Shown piece by piece: positions 1 to 9,662 of a stretch of 64,000 bases of DNA (within the stretch, counting starts at the first letter, position 1; the number at the start of each line of letters is the position of its first letter). Location: IMG/VR virus record IMGVR_UViG_3300027861_000001, positions 32,001 through 96,000 of that record; one strand, given 5' to 3'. Below the pieces are notes generated by a model, which saw nothing but the letters and a program-made list of their open reading frames with translations, searched no databases and was not told where the DNA came from. The stretch comes from a virus. The translations under genes and the position numbers were made by a program.

Positions 1-2
1 AC

Positions 3-1229
3 ATTGACCTATGTACAGACGCAGTACCAGAAGAAACTATTAGGTTATTAAAACCATTTGGTTCTGTCTATACTATAGGCAGGAAGTTTGGTACTGTGGG
101 AGTGTTGTTGGCTGATGAAACAAAAGTAGAAGTAACAACCTACAGAACAGAAACCTATAGCAAAGACTCTAGGAAACCAGAAACTGTTTTCGAAAAGAGC
201 TTGATTAAGGATTTATGTAGGAGGGACTTCACCATAAACGCCATAGCACGTGACATAAAAACTGGTGAATTGATTGATCCTCGTAATGGAAAGAGAGACA
301 TAGGAAATAAAATTATAAGATGTACTCAACACAGAGATACGACATTTAGTGACGATCCTCTTAGAATGATGCGTGCTGTGAGGTTTGAGGCACAACTTCC
401 TGGTTTCAGTTTTGTAGAAAAAATAGATAACCCAGAAAGGTTAGAGATTGTGTCAATGGAAAGAATCAGGGAAGAATTAGATAAAATAATGAAAACTGAC
501 GAACCACACAGAGGAATTAGGAGGTTATGTTCTTTAGGGCTTATGAAGTATATAATACCTGAGTTGTTAGAATTGAAAACGATACCCCACGGAAAGCATC
601 ATTTCAAAGACCCATTTGATCATACAATGTTAGTTTTACAAAAAGGGGCTGTTGTTTCAAACGAATTATCATTTAGATATGCTTGTTTATTTCATGATAT
701 TGCTAAACCAGACACCATAAGTATGGATGAAACTGGGGTGCATTTCAATAACCATAACATTGTAGGTGCAGGTAAAGCAAAAACAATCATGAAACGGCTC
801 AGGTTCGACAAAAAGACTATTACAACCGTCAGAACTTTGGTTAACCATCATATGGAACCTTTACACTCACAAAAACTATTAGAAGACGCAACTGATAAGC
901 GTAAAGATTATTTGGTGGGTAGAATGGTGCGTAGGATTGGAAGGGAAAACATATATGACTTAATCAATTTGGTTAGGTGTGATATTCGTTCATCCAAAAA
1001 TCCAAAGCTTGATTTCTTAGATATCTTAGAAGAGGCAGTAAATAATCACTTTATTGTGGTTCCAGTTGTTAAGTCTCCTTTAAGCGGTAATGAAATTATG
1101 GACTATTTAAACATAAAACCTAGCCAAGAGGTTGGTAGATTAAAGAGTATCTTAGTTCAAAAGGTAATTGACGGGGAGCTAGGGTTTGATGATAAGGAAG
1201 CTGCCAAGAAACTTATCAAGGAATTGTGA
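3..1229 (+). CDS. cca: CCA-adding tRNA nucleotidyltransferase with HD domain (5' end outside window)
   Basis: Frame is open from the window start (IDLCTDA). Motifs: EVTTYRTE, DLCRRDFTINAIA, DDPLRMMRAVRF, ERIREEL and HD motif LFHDIAKP. Confidence 0.92.
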   Translation: MDLCTDAVPEETIRLLKPFGSVYTIGRKFGTVGVLLADETKVEVTTYRTETYSKDSRKPETVFEKSLIKDLCRRDFTINAIARDIKTGELIDPRNGKRDIGNKIIRCTQHRDTTFSDDPLRMMRAVRFEAQLPGFSFVEKIDNPERLEIVSMERIREELDKIMKTDEPHRGIRRLCSLGLMKYIIPELLELKTIPHGKHHFKDPFDHTMLVLQKGAVVSNELSFRYACLFHDIAKPDTISMDETGVHFNNHNIVGAGKAKTIMKRLRFDKKTITTVRTLVNHHMEPLHSQKLLEDATDKRKDYLVGRMVRRIGRENIYDLINLVRCDIRSSKNPKLDFLDILEEAVNNHFIVVPVVKSPLSGNEIMDYLNIKPSQEVGRLKSILVQKVIDGELGFDDKEAAKKLIKEL

Positions 1230-1501
1230 TGATAGACAAAGACCTACCAGCGTATGAACACTTCCTTATATGGTCAGAAAAGTATAAAATGGCACTCCAC
1301 TACCGATGTAATACTTGTGGAACAGTTTGTACATACGAATGGGTAGATAACGTTAAGCAAGATAGAACACCATGCCCTGTTTGCAAAGATTCACAGATTC
1401 CAACTTCTTCTCTTTGGGTAACAGCCTGTACTTTAGATGAGGAATTTCCAGTAGATGTTTGTGAGAAATGTGAACTTAGGTTTGTTTGTTGGACAGGATG
1501 A
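1226..1501 (+). CDS. Zn-ribbon protein with C-terminal CxxC-RFxCWT tag
   Basis: Two CxxC pairs; ends CEKCELRFVCWTG*. Confidence 0.75.
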   Translation: MMIDKDLPAYEHFLIWSEKYKMALHYRCNTCGTVCTYEWVDNVKQDRTPCPVCKDSQIPTSSLWVTACTLDEEFPVDVCEKCELRFVCWTG

Positions 1502-1752
1502 TGAAGCATAAAAACAGGTGTATAAGAATCACGCAAATTAAATATAGTACTCCATTTTGCTTGGCTGATGACAATGTCAAGAAGCATTTCTCACACTGCG
1601 TAGGAAGAAAGGGAAAGATAGTTGGTGGGACAGATGATTGGGTAAACATCGAGTTCTTAGACACCGGTGGTAAATTTCACTTTCATCCAGACGAGATTGA
1701 GTTATTTCCTTGTGAAGAATGTGAAAAAAGATTTAAATGCTGGACAACTTAA
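1498..1752 (+). CDS. small SH3/KOW-like protein with C-terminal tag
   Basis: Ends CEECEKRFKCWTT*; start overlaps the previous stop (ATGA). Confidence 0.75.
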   Translation: MMKHKNRCIRITQIKYSTPFCLADDNVKKHFSHCVGRKGKIVGGTDDWVNIEFLDTGGKFHFHPDEIELFPCEECEKRFKCWTT

Positions 1753-2019
1753 ATGAAACAACCTAAAGATGGGCAACGGGTAATTATTACACAGATTAAA
1801 TACGGTTCTGTGGATATTCTTGCCAACGACAGTACAAAAACTAACCATGCTGATTTCGTGGGAAAAGTAGGAATAATACATCGGGAAGCTGGTGATAAAG
1901 ATTGGTATTTGGTACAACTACCGTCTGGAAGTTGGAACCGCTTTCATCCAGAAGAATTTGTGTTATGTACAGAGAAGTGTAATGAGTGCAAAGCTAGATT
2001 TGTTTGTTGGACAGGGTGA
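1753..2019 (+). CDS. small SH3/KOW-like protein with C-terminal tag (paralog of 1498)
   Basis: Shares ITQIKY...G[RK]xG...FHP[DE]E with 1498; ends CNECKARFVCWTG*. Confidence 0.75.
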   Translation: MKQPKDGQRVIITQIKYGSVDILANDSTKTNHADFVGKVGIIHREAGDKDWYLVQLPSGSWNRFHPEEFVLCTEKCNECKARFVCWTG

Positions 2020-2291
2020 TGAAAAAAATAAAGGTGGGAGATAGGGTTAGACTTAAAAAGATACACAAGGGGTATCTTCCAGCCAACCTTGATGTAGAGT
2101 TTGCGTGGGAACGATGTTATATCGTATCTGAGGTATTTTTTAGACCATTAATAGGTTCTAAAACAGGGAACTATGTAACACTTATAAAGTTTAAAAGTTA
2201 CAACACCGGTGCGAGCAAAGCCAATCATTTTTCTCACACTAAAAAGACTTGTGAAAAGTGTAAATATAGATTTAAATGCTGGACTGAATGA
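2019..2291 (+). CDS. small protein with C-terminal tag
   Basis: KIKVGDRVRL N-terminus; ends CEKCKYRFKCWTE*. Confidence 0.75.
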   Translation: MKKIKVGDRVRLKKIHKGYLPANLDVEFAWERCYIVSEVFFRPLIGSKTGNYVTLIKFKSYNTGASKANHFSHTKKTCEKCKYRFKCWTE

Positions 2292-2545
2292 TGAATAGAA
2301 AATTTAAAATTGGAGATTTTTCTACAGTAAATAGAGTCGGATGCTACCCAAATGAGTTGGGGCGTATTGTACGGATTACAAGAAGCTGGAATGACAATAT
2401 TCTATATGAAGTAAAAATATGTGCTAGAGTTAAGAATGGTTTTATTTATGATAAAAAACTACATCCTGCAAGAAGGTTGTGTAAAGTAGACAACCCACCA
2501 AAATGTGAAGAATGTGAAAAAAGATTTAAATGCTGGACTACGTGA
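2288..2545 (+). CDS. small protein with C-terminal tag
   Basis: KFKIGD N-terminus; ends CEECEKRFKCWTT*. Confidence 0.75.
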   Translation: MMNRKFKIGDFSTVNRVGCYPNELGRIVRITRSWNDNILYEVKICARVKNGFIYDKKLHPARRLCKVDNPPKCEECEKRFKCWTT

Positions 2546-2793
2546 TGCTAAAAGAAGGTGATAAAGTATTTATAACAGGTATGGATGATTGGTGTGATTG
2601 TGTAGACTGCGTGGAAACATACTGGCAAGATGTACACAACAAACAAGCAACTGTAGTAATGTCGGTAATAAACGCACCAACTCTTGTCTTTACTACAAGC
2701 GATGGTATTAGATTTAGCATTAAAGACGTAACTTATGACGTTTGTGAGAAATGCGATGAATGCAAACATCGTTTCATATGTTGGACTAGTTGA
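2545..2793 (+). CDS. small protein with C-terminal tag (paralog of 25453)
   Basis: KVFITG..WCDCxxC; ends CDECKHRFICWTS*. Confidence 0.75.
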   Translation: MLKEGDKVFITGMDDWCDCVDCVETYWQDVHNKQATVVMSVINAPTLVFTTSDGIRFSIKDVTYDVCEKCDECKHRFICWTS

Positions 2794-3084
2794 ATGATAA
2801 AAAAAAGAATTAAAAAAGGAAGCTGTGTAATAGTAACACAAATACTGTATGGTTCATATGGAGTAAAAGCGTCTGACAGAATACTCCAAGACTACGCTCA
2901 ATACGTAGGAAAAGTGGCAACAGTTGAGGCATCAGATGTTGAAAAAGATGGTTTTTCAATTAAACATACACTAAAATTCAAATCTTTCGACGAAATAGTA
3001 GGAGGATTTTTTGTAGAGGAGCTTGAGGAGCTGGAAAAACCATGTGAAGAGTGCCCTGCAAGATTTCAATGTTGGACTAGTTAA
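2794..3084 (+). CDS. small protein with C-terminal tag
   Basis: VTQILYGS..VGKVA; ends CEECPARFQCWTS*. Confidence 0.75.
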   Translation: MIKKRIKKGSCVIVTQILYGSYGVKASDRILQDYAQYVGKVATVEASDVEKDGFSIKHTLKFKSFDEIVGGFFVEELEELEKPCEECPARFQCWTS

Positions 3085-3333
3085 ATGTTTTACGAGTTGG
3101 ATGAAATAGTAGATTCACTTGGTAAAACTAAATACTCGTCATGCTTAGTTATAAAGTATTGGTATTCTATAGTAGATTACAAAGAATATGTATTAGTCAA
3201 AAGAGGTTGCGAGGAATGTGAAGAACGTTTTAAATGTTTTACATCGAACACAAACATTCCACCACGAACAACACTAATGTCTAGAAATAGATTTAGTTTA
3301 TATAATACTTGGGTAATAGAAAGGGAGGATTAA
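3085..3333 (+). CDS. small protein with internal tag
   Basis: Internal CEECEERFKCFTS. Confidence 0.7.
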   Translation: MFYELDEIVDSLGKTKYSSCLVIKYWYSIVDYKEYVLVKRGCEECEERFKCFTSNTNIPPRTTLMSRNRFSLYNTWVIERED

Positions 3334-3675
3334 ATGAAACATATACCTAGAATACAAAAGGACTCTATTAAAAAGCTTAACTTGGAAATGAAAGAAGCTC
3401 AAGAGAGTGACCTTGTTAGCTGGTTAACAAACCAACTAGACACAATGAAAAATGAGAATCCAAAACTATACGAATACTTTACAATTCGTGCTCAAAGGTT
3501 CTCAGAGTCAACTATAGGTAGGCCAGATACTAATTTCATGGCAACATTTGCTTCTGAAATGTTGTTCATGTTGACTCTAATAGACCTATCATTAGATAAG
3601 CAAAAAAAGCTAGACAAAACGAATAAAAACTTGGAAACATTTATAAATGATATCGAAGGGCTGGACGAGTTCTGA
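3334..3675 (+). CDS. hypothetical protein
   Basis: 113 aa ORF with GGAGG SD, coupled to neighbours. Confidence 0.65.
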   Translation: MKHIPRIQKDSIKKLNLEMKEAQESDLVSWLTNQLDTMKNENPKLYEYFTIRAQRFSESTIGRPDTNFMATFASEMLFMLTLIDLSLDKQKKLDKTNKNLETFINDIEGLDEF

Positions 3676-4184
3676 TGAATGGGTTTGGTAAGGCAATTGA
3701 TAAAGTTGAAGCTTTTATCAACGCAGCAGAACAGAACAAAAACCTATGGACAATGTTAGAGGACATAGAAAAAATTCCTTGGTATAAACCTGTAGCTGAA
3801 AACCTGAAAGATTATGTTAGAAGAAAAGGCAGGTTATCAGACAAGCAAAAAAGCTATGTAACTTCCATGTATTTAGATTATTGTGTGATAACAGACAACG
3901 AAATAGAAAAGCAACGGGAAGCTAGAAAGTTGCTTTGGCGGATGCGAACAATGGAGTCAGACGCGTTTACGTTTAAGACGTGGAATAGAAGGTTTATATC
4001 TAGTTTGTGGGCACAGCATAAACCTTACACATTTGCACAGCTAGATACACTAAACAAAATTGCTACAAAATATAAACTAAGACTTTCTAGAGTTCCAGAA
4101 GTTGCTGATGAAGCATTTGATGGTTGGAACGTAGATTATCTTAAACAGAGGGAAGCAGAGAATGGAACCGTACATAAAGATTGA
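3675..4184 (+). CDS. hypothetical protein
   Basis: 169 aa ORF, TGATG-coupled. Confidence 0.65.
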   Translation: MNGFGKAIDKVEAFINAAEQNKNLWTMLEDIEKIPWYKPVAENLKDYVRRKGRLSDKQKSYVTSMYLDYCVITDNEIEKQREARKLLWRMRTMESDAFTFKTWNRRFISSLWAQHKPYTFAQLDTLNKIATKYKLRLSRVPEVADEAFDGWNVDYLKQREAENGTVHKD

Positions 4185-4392
4185 ACGTACAGTAATAGAG
4201 TTAAAGTATAACCCACAATATGGAGATAAAAGAATATGTATTTGTGGACATACTTACTACAGACACTTTGACACATACGAAGATATGTTAGCAGTTGGGT
4301 GCAAATATTGTATGTGTCGTGAGTTTAAGGAGGCAGAGCATGAAACGCAGTTAGGCTCGGATAGATTAGAGTAAAGCTCAATAGGCTATCCG

Positions 4393-4421
4393 TTGACATA
4401 TACTCAGGCATATGATATTAT
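4393..4421 (+). promoter_or_regulatory. sigma70-type promoter with extended -10 and GGCRTATG box
   Basis: TTGACA-17 nt-TATTAT, upstream of the MoxR gene. Confidence 0.8.
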
Positions 4422-4463
4422 AAGGGTGTTGAGGTCAAACTAAAATTAATTGGAGGTCGAATA

Positions 4464-5651
4464 GTGGACAATATTCCGGTAATGACTCAGATCATAAAAA
4501 AGTGCATCGAAGTAAAAAGGACGCCCCTGTTGTGGGGTAAACATGGTATTGGTAAATCTGATATCATAAGAGACATTGGAGAACAGTTGGGATTCGATAA
4601 GGTAATTGACTTGCGGCTGGGGCAGTTGGAAGTTGGTGACCTTATTGGGATGCCGGACAGAGAGTATTACTGTCCATCATGTAAAACTTCATTTGGAACA
4701 AAAGGTGATTTAATCTTTTGTCCTGTGTGTGAGGATGAAGGCAGAGGAAAGGTAGCAATCGCAGGCAGAACAATCTTTCTACCTCCAGATTGGTTACCAC
4801 AAAACGGAGAAAAGTATTTACTATTCTTCGACGAATTTAATAGAGGAAGGTTGGATGTTCAGCAGGCAGCTTTCCAAATTGTGTTGGATAGAAAAATCCA
4901 TCGTCACGTAATTCCTGACAATTGTGCAATTATTTGTGCTTGTAATCCTTCTGGTGGAAATTACAATGTTGAGGAATTGGATGAGGCTTTGATCGATAGG
5001 TTCATCAACATTAAGTTTTCTCTGAGGGCTGATGAATGGTTGAAGTGGGCTACTGATCATAATATTAATGAAAATATTGTGGACTTTATTATGACAGACA
5101 ATACCGCCCTCGGTGCTGATCCTATTGAAATTCCTGTTGAAATTAAACCTTCTCCACGCTCTTATGAGTTCCTTAGCAACGTAATTACAGGACTCGACAG
5201 GAACTATTGGTCAGCAACTGCGGCAATGATTGTTGGAGAAACCACCGCTTTACAGTTTATGGCAAGCCTTAAAACAGACCTTGATAAACCTGTTAGAGCA
5301 AAAGACATATTCGACAAATTCAACGATAAGAAAGACCCTTCAAAAGCTACTCCAACAAGAAGGAAAGTTATTGCTCAATGCAGAAAAACAGAAGGACAAA
5401 CAAGGTTTGATTTGCTTGACCAAACTATAAAAGAAATTGTGCGTGACTTGAAAGATGACCAAAGCAAAAAATACAATGAAAGTCAGCTTAACAATCTCGG
5501 CGATTTCCTTTTGTTGATTCCTAAAGACTTGGCATTTACTGCAATAAAAGACCTTTCCTTGATGAACGACGTAAACATGAGACTTCTATTGATTAGAACT
5601 GACCTATTCGACCTCATCAAAGGGGCTAGGGGAACTGACAAAGACGGTTAA
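4464..5651 (+). CDS. MoxR-like AAA+ ATPase with Zn-ribbon insertion
   Basis: Walker A GKHGIGKS, Walker B LLFFDEFNRG, ACNP, LDEALIDRF; CPSC..CPVC insert. Confidence 0.88.
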   Translation: MDNIPVMTQIIKKCIEVKRTPLLWGKHGIGKSDIIRDIGEQLGFDKVIDLRLGQLEVGDLIGMPDREYYCPSCKTSFGTKGDLIFCPVCEDEGRGKVAIAGRTIFLPPDWLPQNGEKYLLFFDEFNRGRLDVQQAAFQIVLDRKIHRHVIPDNCAIICACNPSGGNYNVEELDEALIDRFINIKFSLRADEWLKWATDHNINENIVDFIMTDNTALGADPIEIPVEIKPSPRSYEFLSNVITGLDRNYWSATAAMIVGETTALQFMASLKTDLDKPVRAKDIFDKFNDKKDPSKATPTRRKVIAQCRKTEGQTRFDLLDQTIKEIVRDLKDDQSKKYNESQLNNLGDFLLLIPKDLAFTAIKDLSLMNDVNMRLLLIRTDLFDLIKGARGTDKDG

Positions 5652-5662
5652 TTCCCCAAAAC

Positions 5663-5703
5663 AAGCTGGTGGTGTGTGTTAGCGAGGCATGCGCCACCAG
5701 CTT
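5663..5703 (+). other. long intergenic RNA hairpin between the MoxR and VWA genes
   Basis: AAGCTGGTGGTGTGTG pairs with CATGCGCCACCAGCTT (about 16-18 bp including GU); no U-tail. Confidence 0.65.
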
Positions 5704-5724
5704 ATCAATAAAGGAGAGAGAATA

Positions 5725-7269
5725 ATGGCAGAGAAAAAACAAGACACAAGCTATCTTGATAAGGTAGATGTTACTTCTCCAATTATAACTGATGCTTGCA
5801 TTGACCAAGAAATTATTCAGTTAGTATTGCTACATAAGTATTTTTATTCACACTTTTTACAGCAGTTTAGACGGCACATCATTAAAAAAGGTGACCCGTT
5901 GTGGGATAAAGTACCAACACTTGGTGTAAACATCACAGATGATTTACGTCCAAATTTATTTGTAAATGAGGCTTGGTATGGTAGTTTAACACCAGATGAG
6001 AAGCTAGCCGTGCTAGAGCATGAGGTTCTTCACATACTAAATAAACACTTAATAAGAAAAGAAGGCAGAGAACCTTATCTGTGGAATCTTGCTAGCGATG
6101 TTGCTATTAATCAATACATAAAAGGATTACCAAACGAGGGGCTTTGCCCTGATTGTAATATACTAGTCAGGCGCACAAGTGACGGTAAGTTACCAACACG
6201 TTGTAATGTATGTAACAGAGAGCTTGACCCTAAAAAAGATAAATGGGAAGCACTAGACTATCAAACTTTCAAGTTACTAAAAGATAAGAAATTACCTAAA
6301 GAAGAACCAACAGAATGTTATTATGACCTTATGAATGAAAACTTACCAAAAGAAACTATCCAACTTGGCATAAAAATGACTAAGGAAAAAACAAAAGGAT
6401 GTAAGGAGTGTGGTGGGTTTGGTAACTCAAACGATCCGCAACCAAGCGAAGAGCCACAAGACGGTGAGGGAAGTGGAGGACAGGGTGAAGAAGAATCCGA
6501 TAAGCACGGTTGTGGGCAGTTAGAAATAGATGGCGTAAAAGTTCCTATGACTATGGACCCACATGAAATTTGGGAAACTGGTTCTGATAATCAGGAAATG
6601 GCTCATGAAAAGATTAAAGAAATGGTTAGGTCTGCTCTTGATGAATCAAACCAAAGACAACAAGGGCATCTTCCAGACTTCTTAAGAGGTTTGATTGATT
6701 CGTGTATTGCTCATAAGATTCTTAACTGGAAATCAGAACTTCGTAGGTTCGTTGGTTATGAGGAATTTGCGAAGATGGAATCTACCAGAAAGAAAACCAA
6801 CAGACGATATGGTGTGTATCAGCCTGGAACTAGGGTAGTAAGGAAAGCACACATTGCTGTAATTGTAGATAGTTCTGGTTCTGTTTCTAATGACGAATTT
6901 GCTAAATTCTTTAAAGAAATAGAGTTTATGAAGAAGGCTGGTGTTGGTATCACTATTATTGAATGTGATGCTGATGTCCAATCTGTTTATGAGTATAAGA
7001 AACGACCAACTATCGAAAGAATTGGATATGGTGGCACAGACTTTAGACCACCTTTCAAGTTACTTGTTGATAAGAAGTATACACAAGGAAGGCATGGAAA
7101 CAACAAAACGTTTGAACTAAGAAAAAGTGTTGACTGCATCATTTACTTGACAGACGGTTATGGTAGTTTTCCTACGTTTGTTCCAAAACCTACTATTTGG
7201 GTTATGACTCCTAACTACCAAGACCCAAAGAATCCAGCTCTTGGTAAGGTTATAGTAATGAAAGACTAA
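5725..7269 (+). CDS. DUF2201-like metallopeptidase/VWA protein (MoxR partner)
   Basis: HEVLH, WNLASDVAINQ, C-terminal VWA with DSSGS, GGTDF and YLTDG. Confidence 0.88.
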   Translation: MAEKKQDTSYLDKVDVTSPIITDACIDQEIIQLVLLHKYFYSHFLQQFRRHIIKKGDPLWDKVPTLGVNITDDLRPNLFVNEAWYGSLTPDEKLAVLEHEVLHILNKHLIRKEGREPYLWNLASDVAINQYIKGLPNEGLCPDCNILVRRTSDGKLPTRCNVCNRELDPKKDKWEALDYQTFKLLKDKKLPKEEPTECYYDLMNENLPKETIQLGIKMTKEKTKGCKECGGFGNSNDPQPSEEPQDGEGSGGQGEEESDKHGCGQLEIDGVKVPMTMDPHEIWETGSDNQEMAHEKIKEMVRSALDESNQRQQGHLPDFLRGLIDSCIAHKILNWKSELRRFVGYEEFAKMESTRKKTNRRYGVYQPGTRVVRKAHIAVIVDSSGSVSNDEFAKFFKEIEFMKKAGVGITIIECDADVQSVYEYKKRPTIERIGYGGTDFRPPFKLLVDKKYTQGRHGNNKTFELRKSVDCIIYLTDGYGSFPTFVPKPTIWVMTPNYQDPKNPALGKVIVMKD

Positions 7270-7565
7270 TGAAAATCTTTAAAGTAAAAACATTTGGTAG
7301 TGGTATATCTATTAGGTGTAGTGCCGAAGATTGTGGTAATTGCAACATTAGGTTTAGGTGTTGGACAACTAACTACTTGGACTATACCGAAGCATATTAC
7401 TACTTTGAAATTGATAAATCTAGGCTACCGGCTGAGGATTGGGCAGTAAAAAAATTGAACCTTGGAAATAAATATGACACAAGAGGTTATTTCGCAGTAG
7501 TAAAAATACTTGAACTGTATTTGTTTGGTAGGGTAGTAAACAAATTCAAATCTGTGAGTAGTTAA
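7269..7565 (+). CDS. small protein with N-proximal tag
   Basis: CGNCNIRFRCWTT. Confidence 0.7.
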   Translation: MKIFKVKTFGSGISIRCSAEDCGNCNIRFRCWTTNYLDYTEAYYYFEIDKSRLPAEDWAVKKLNLGNKYDTRGYFAVVKILELYLFGRVVNKFKSVSS

Positions 7566-7567
7566 GT

Positions 7568-7996
7568 ATGGGAAAATCTATACCAATTCGAAAAGAATGC
7601 TTAGATAATAAGTTTATGTGTAATAGTTGTTCTGTGAGATACCTTTGTTACACAAACAGCTTACCTAGTAGAAAGTGCAGTGACTTAGAATATGCTTTTG
7701 ACTATAACAACACACCTTTTGAGTATGAAGATATTCTAGCTATTTGGGCAGCTGTTTATGGAGCAAATGACGGTTCCGACTGGTTTTGGGTAGTACAATT
7801 ATCTGGAAATAAATATTCATTAGTACGTGGTGGTTGTGACTATACAGGTTGGGACTGACAGAGTTGGGTTAGTTGCGAGTTCGCAACATCAACAGAAGAG
7901 GCAGCTAAGTTGTCACCTATTAAAGACGACGGCAGACCTATACAAGACACTTTGTTGAAACAAATAAAAGGTGAAATTCCTTATGGGACTGTTTAA
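7568..7996 (+). CDS. candidate selenoprotein (in-frame UGA at 7856-7858), also carries the tag
   Basis: Frame stays open for 45 codons after TGA to a TAA that overlaps the next ATG (TAATG). A hairpin follows the UGA. CNSCSVRYLCYTN near the N-terminus. Confidence 0.65.
7863..7893 (+). promoter_or_regulatory. SECIS-like hairpin
   Basis: Inner stem GTTGCG/CGCAAC with AGTT loop about 20 nt after UGA; outer stem GTTGG/TCAAC. Confidence 0.55.
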
Positions 7997-8223
7997 TGGA
8001 ATTACCAAAAATAGGTACTAGACTTATAGTGGTAAGCAACGAAGGAAGATGGTTGCCTAAAGGTGAGGTTGTAATATTTGATGGTACGTCTTACTCAGGT
8101 AACTGGATGATTATTACACCAGATGGTAGACGTTCGGGTGGGTGGTTGCCAGGAAGATTTAAAGTATGCCCAGCTAATACCTGTGATACATGTAAACAAC
8201 GATATAGGTGTTGGACTACTTAG
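7996..8223 (+). CDS. small SH3-like protein with C-terminal tag
   Basis: Ends CDTCKQRYRCWTT*. Confidence 0.75.
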   Translation: MELPKIGTRLIVVSNEGRWLPKGEVVIFDGTSYSGNWMIITPDGRRSGGWLPGRFKVCPANTCDTCKQRYRCWTT

Positions 8224-8958
8224 GAGGAAAACACTATGGATTTAAATGATATTTCAACAGAAGAATTAGAAGAAGAAGTCGAGAAAAGAAAGCGAGATGC
8301 CATACCAAAACCATTAAGTGTGATAGGTCTAACCGCTTTGACACGAATATGTAACGAATATATCAATGGATTAGCAGGTGGTTACCAAATTAAAGACGGT
8401 GAACATTACATCTTTGAAACAGCAATAGAAGCTGTATACGGTAAAGATGTGTGGGATTGGGTTAATTCACAAGACTGTATGTTGTAGGAAAATAAAAATG
8501 AAAAAGATAATAAACCTAATTAAAAACCTGTTAAACAGTAAACCAAAACAATCAAAGTATAATAACGTAGAAAAGAACGTGATGGATACGATAAAAGAAT
8601 ATGATAAAGGGCATCGTTAGTATGAGTAAAACACACGTAAAAGCATTTTTTAAGTTGTTTCTGGGTGTAGTAATAGTTCAATTACTGCTGGCACTGCTTT
8701 TTGTACCGTTCTGGAATATGTCTGTAGCTGAAACATTTACCTTTGCTAACAGTATAGAATATATTCAGGCACTTGGTGCGCTAGGAATATTTTGGTGCTT
8801 TTTACTTGTTACTCTAGTAATTAAATCGTTCGTAAGTTTGGTAACAGGTGCTATTGCTACTGTTCACATTACTAAAGCGTGGGAAACTGCCAAAGAAGAA
8901 GCTAGAAAAAAGATGGAAGAAAATATGGAAAAACTGGGCAAACATTTCCCTGATGATA

Positions 8959-9315
8959 ATGATGAATAAAAACGGATCGGGGTTAGGCGTGGAAAGTAAG
9001 TTTTTATGTTGTTACACTGAAGGAAACCCTTTGGAACTTGAATTTAAGTTTATTATAAAATTAGTTTACCGTGGTGTTTTCCAAAAGTATATACTTTACA
9101 AACGTGAAAACTTTCTTAATTACTTTGGTGATAAACGAAATCCATTCGAAAAAGATACGTACACGCATTTAGATTTAATGTACGAAAAGTTTTATATGGC
9201 AGGTTATACAGTAGATAAAAATTGTGATGATTGTAACTACAGGTTCTTCTGTTTTACTGATGAACCTATTTCGATAACTATCGACGCATCAGGGAAAAAT
9301 TGGATACTTTTATGA
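8959..9315 (+). CDS. protein with internal tag
   Basis: CDDCNYRFFCFTD; start position uncertain. Confidence 0.65.
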   Translation: MMNKNGSGLGVESKFLCCYTEGNPLELEFKFIIKLVYRGVFQKYILYKRENFLNYFGDKRNPFEKDTYTHLDLMYEKFYMAGYTVDKNCDDCNYRFFCFTDEPISITIDASGKNWILL

Positions 9316-9662
9316 AAAAGAAGTATTATCCTATAGTAACATTTCCAAGTAAATCCAGTAGTAAGGTTTATACTGTCTCAATGGATAATGATGGAGGATT
9401 AAGTTGTGATTGTCCTGCTTGGGTATTTAAAAAAGCTGGAGAAAGAATTTGTAGGCATATAAAAGAAGTCACAGCACAAGGTTTTGGTACAGTAGAAGGA
9501 AAGTTTGTTGTGTTAGTAGATTCATTGTCAAACAAAGAACCTATCTTCTGTAAAAAATATCCAAGGCAGTGTGATACTTGTAGTTTAAGATTTCCATGTT
9601 ATACAGCTAATACACCTGAGTTTTCTATTAAAGAATTGAGAAAAGAAGGTATTGTTAAGTGA
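9312..9662 (+). CDS. SWIM zinc-finger protein with tag
   Basis: SCDCPAW..CRH SWIM motif; CDTCSLRFPCYTA. Confidence 0.75.
   Translation: MKKKYYPIVTFPSKSSSKVYTVSMDNDGGLSCDCPAWVFKKAGERICRHIKEVTAQGFGTVEGKFVVLVDSLSNKEPIFCKKYPRQCDTCSLRFPCYTANTPEFSIKELRKEGIVK

Noticed and set aside
1459-3084. Regularly spaced ~35-nt repeats as a CRISPR array or integron attC sites
   Set aside because: The repeats are coding, vary at synonymous positions, are not palindromic and are separated by 250-300-nt ORFs. No cas1/cas2 or integrase gene is seen.
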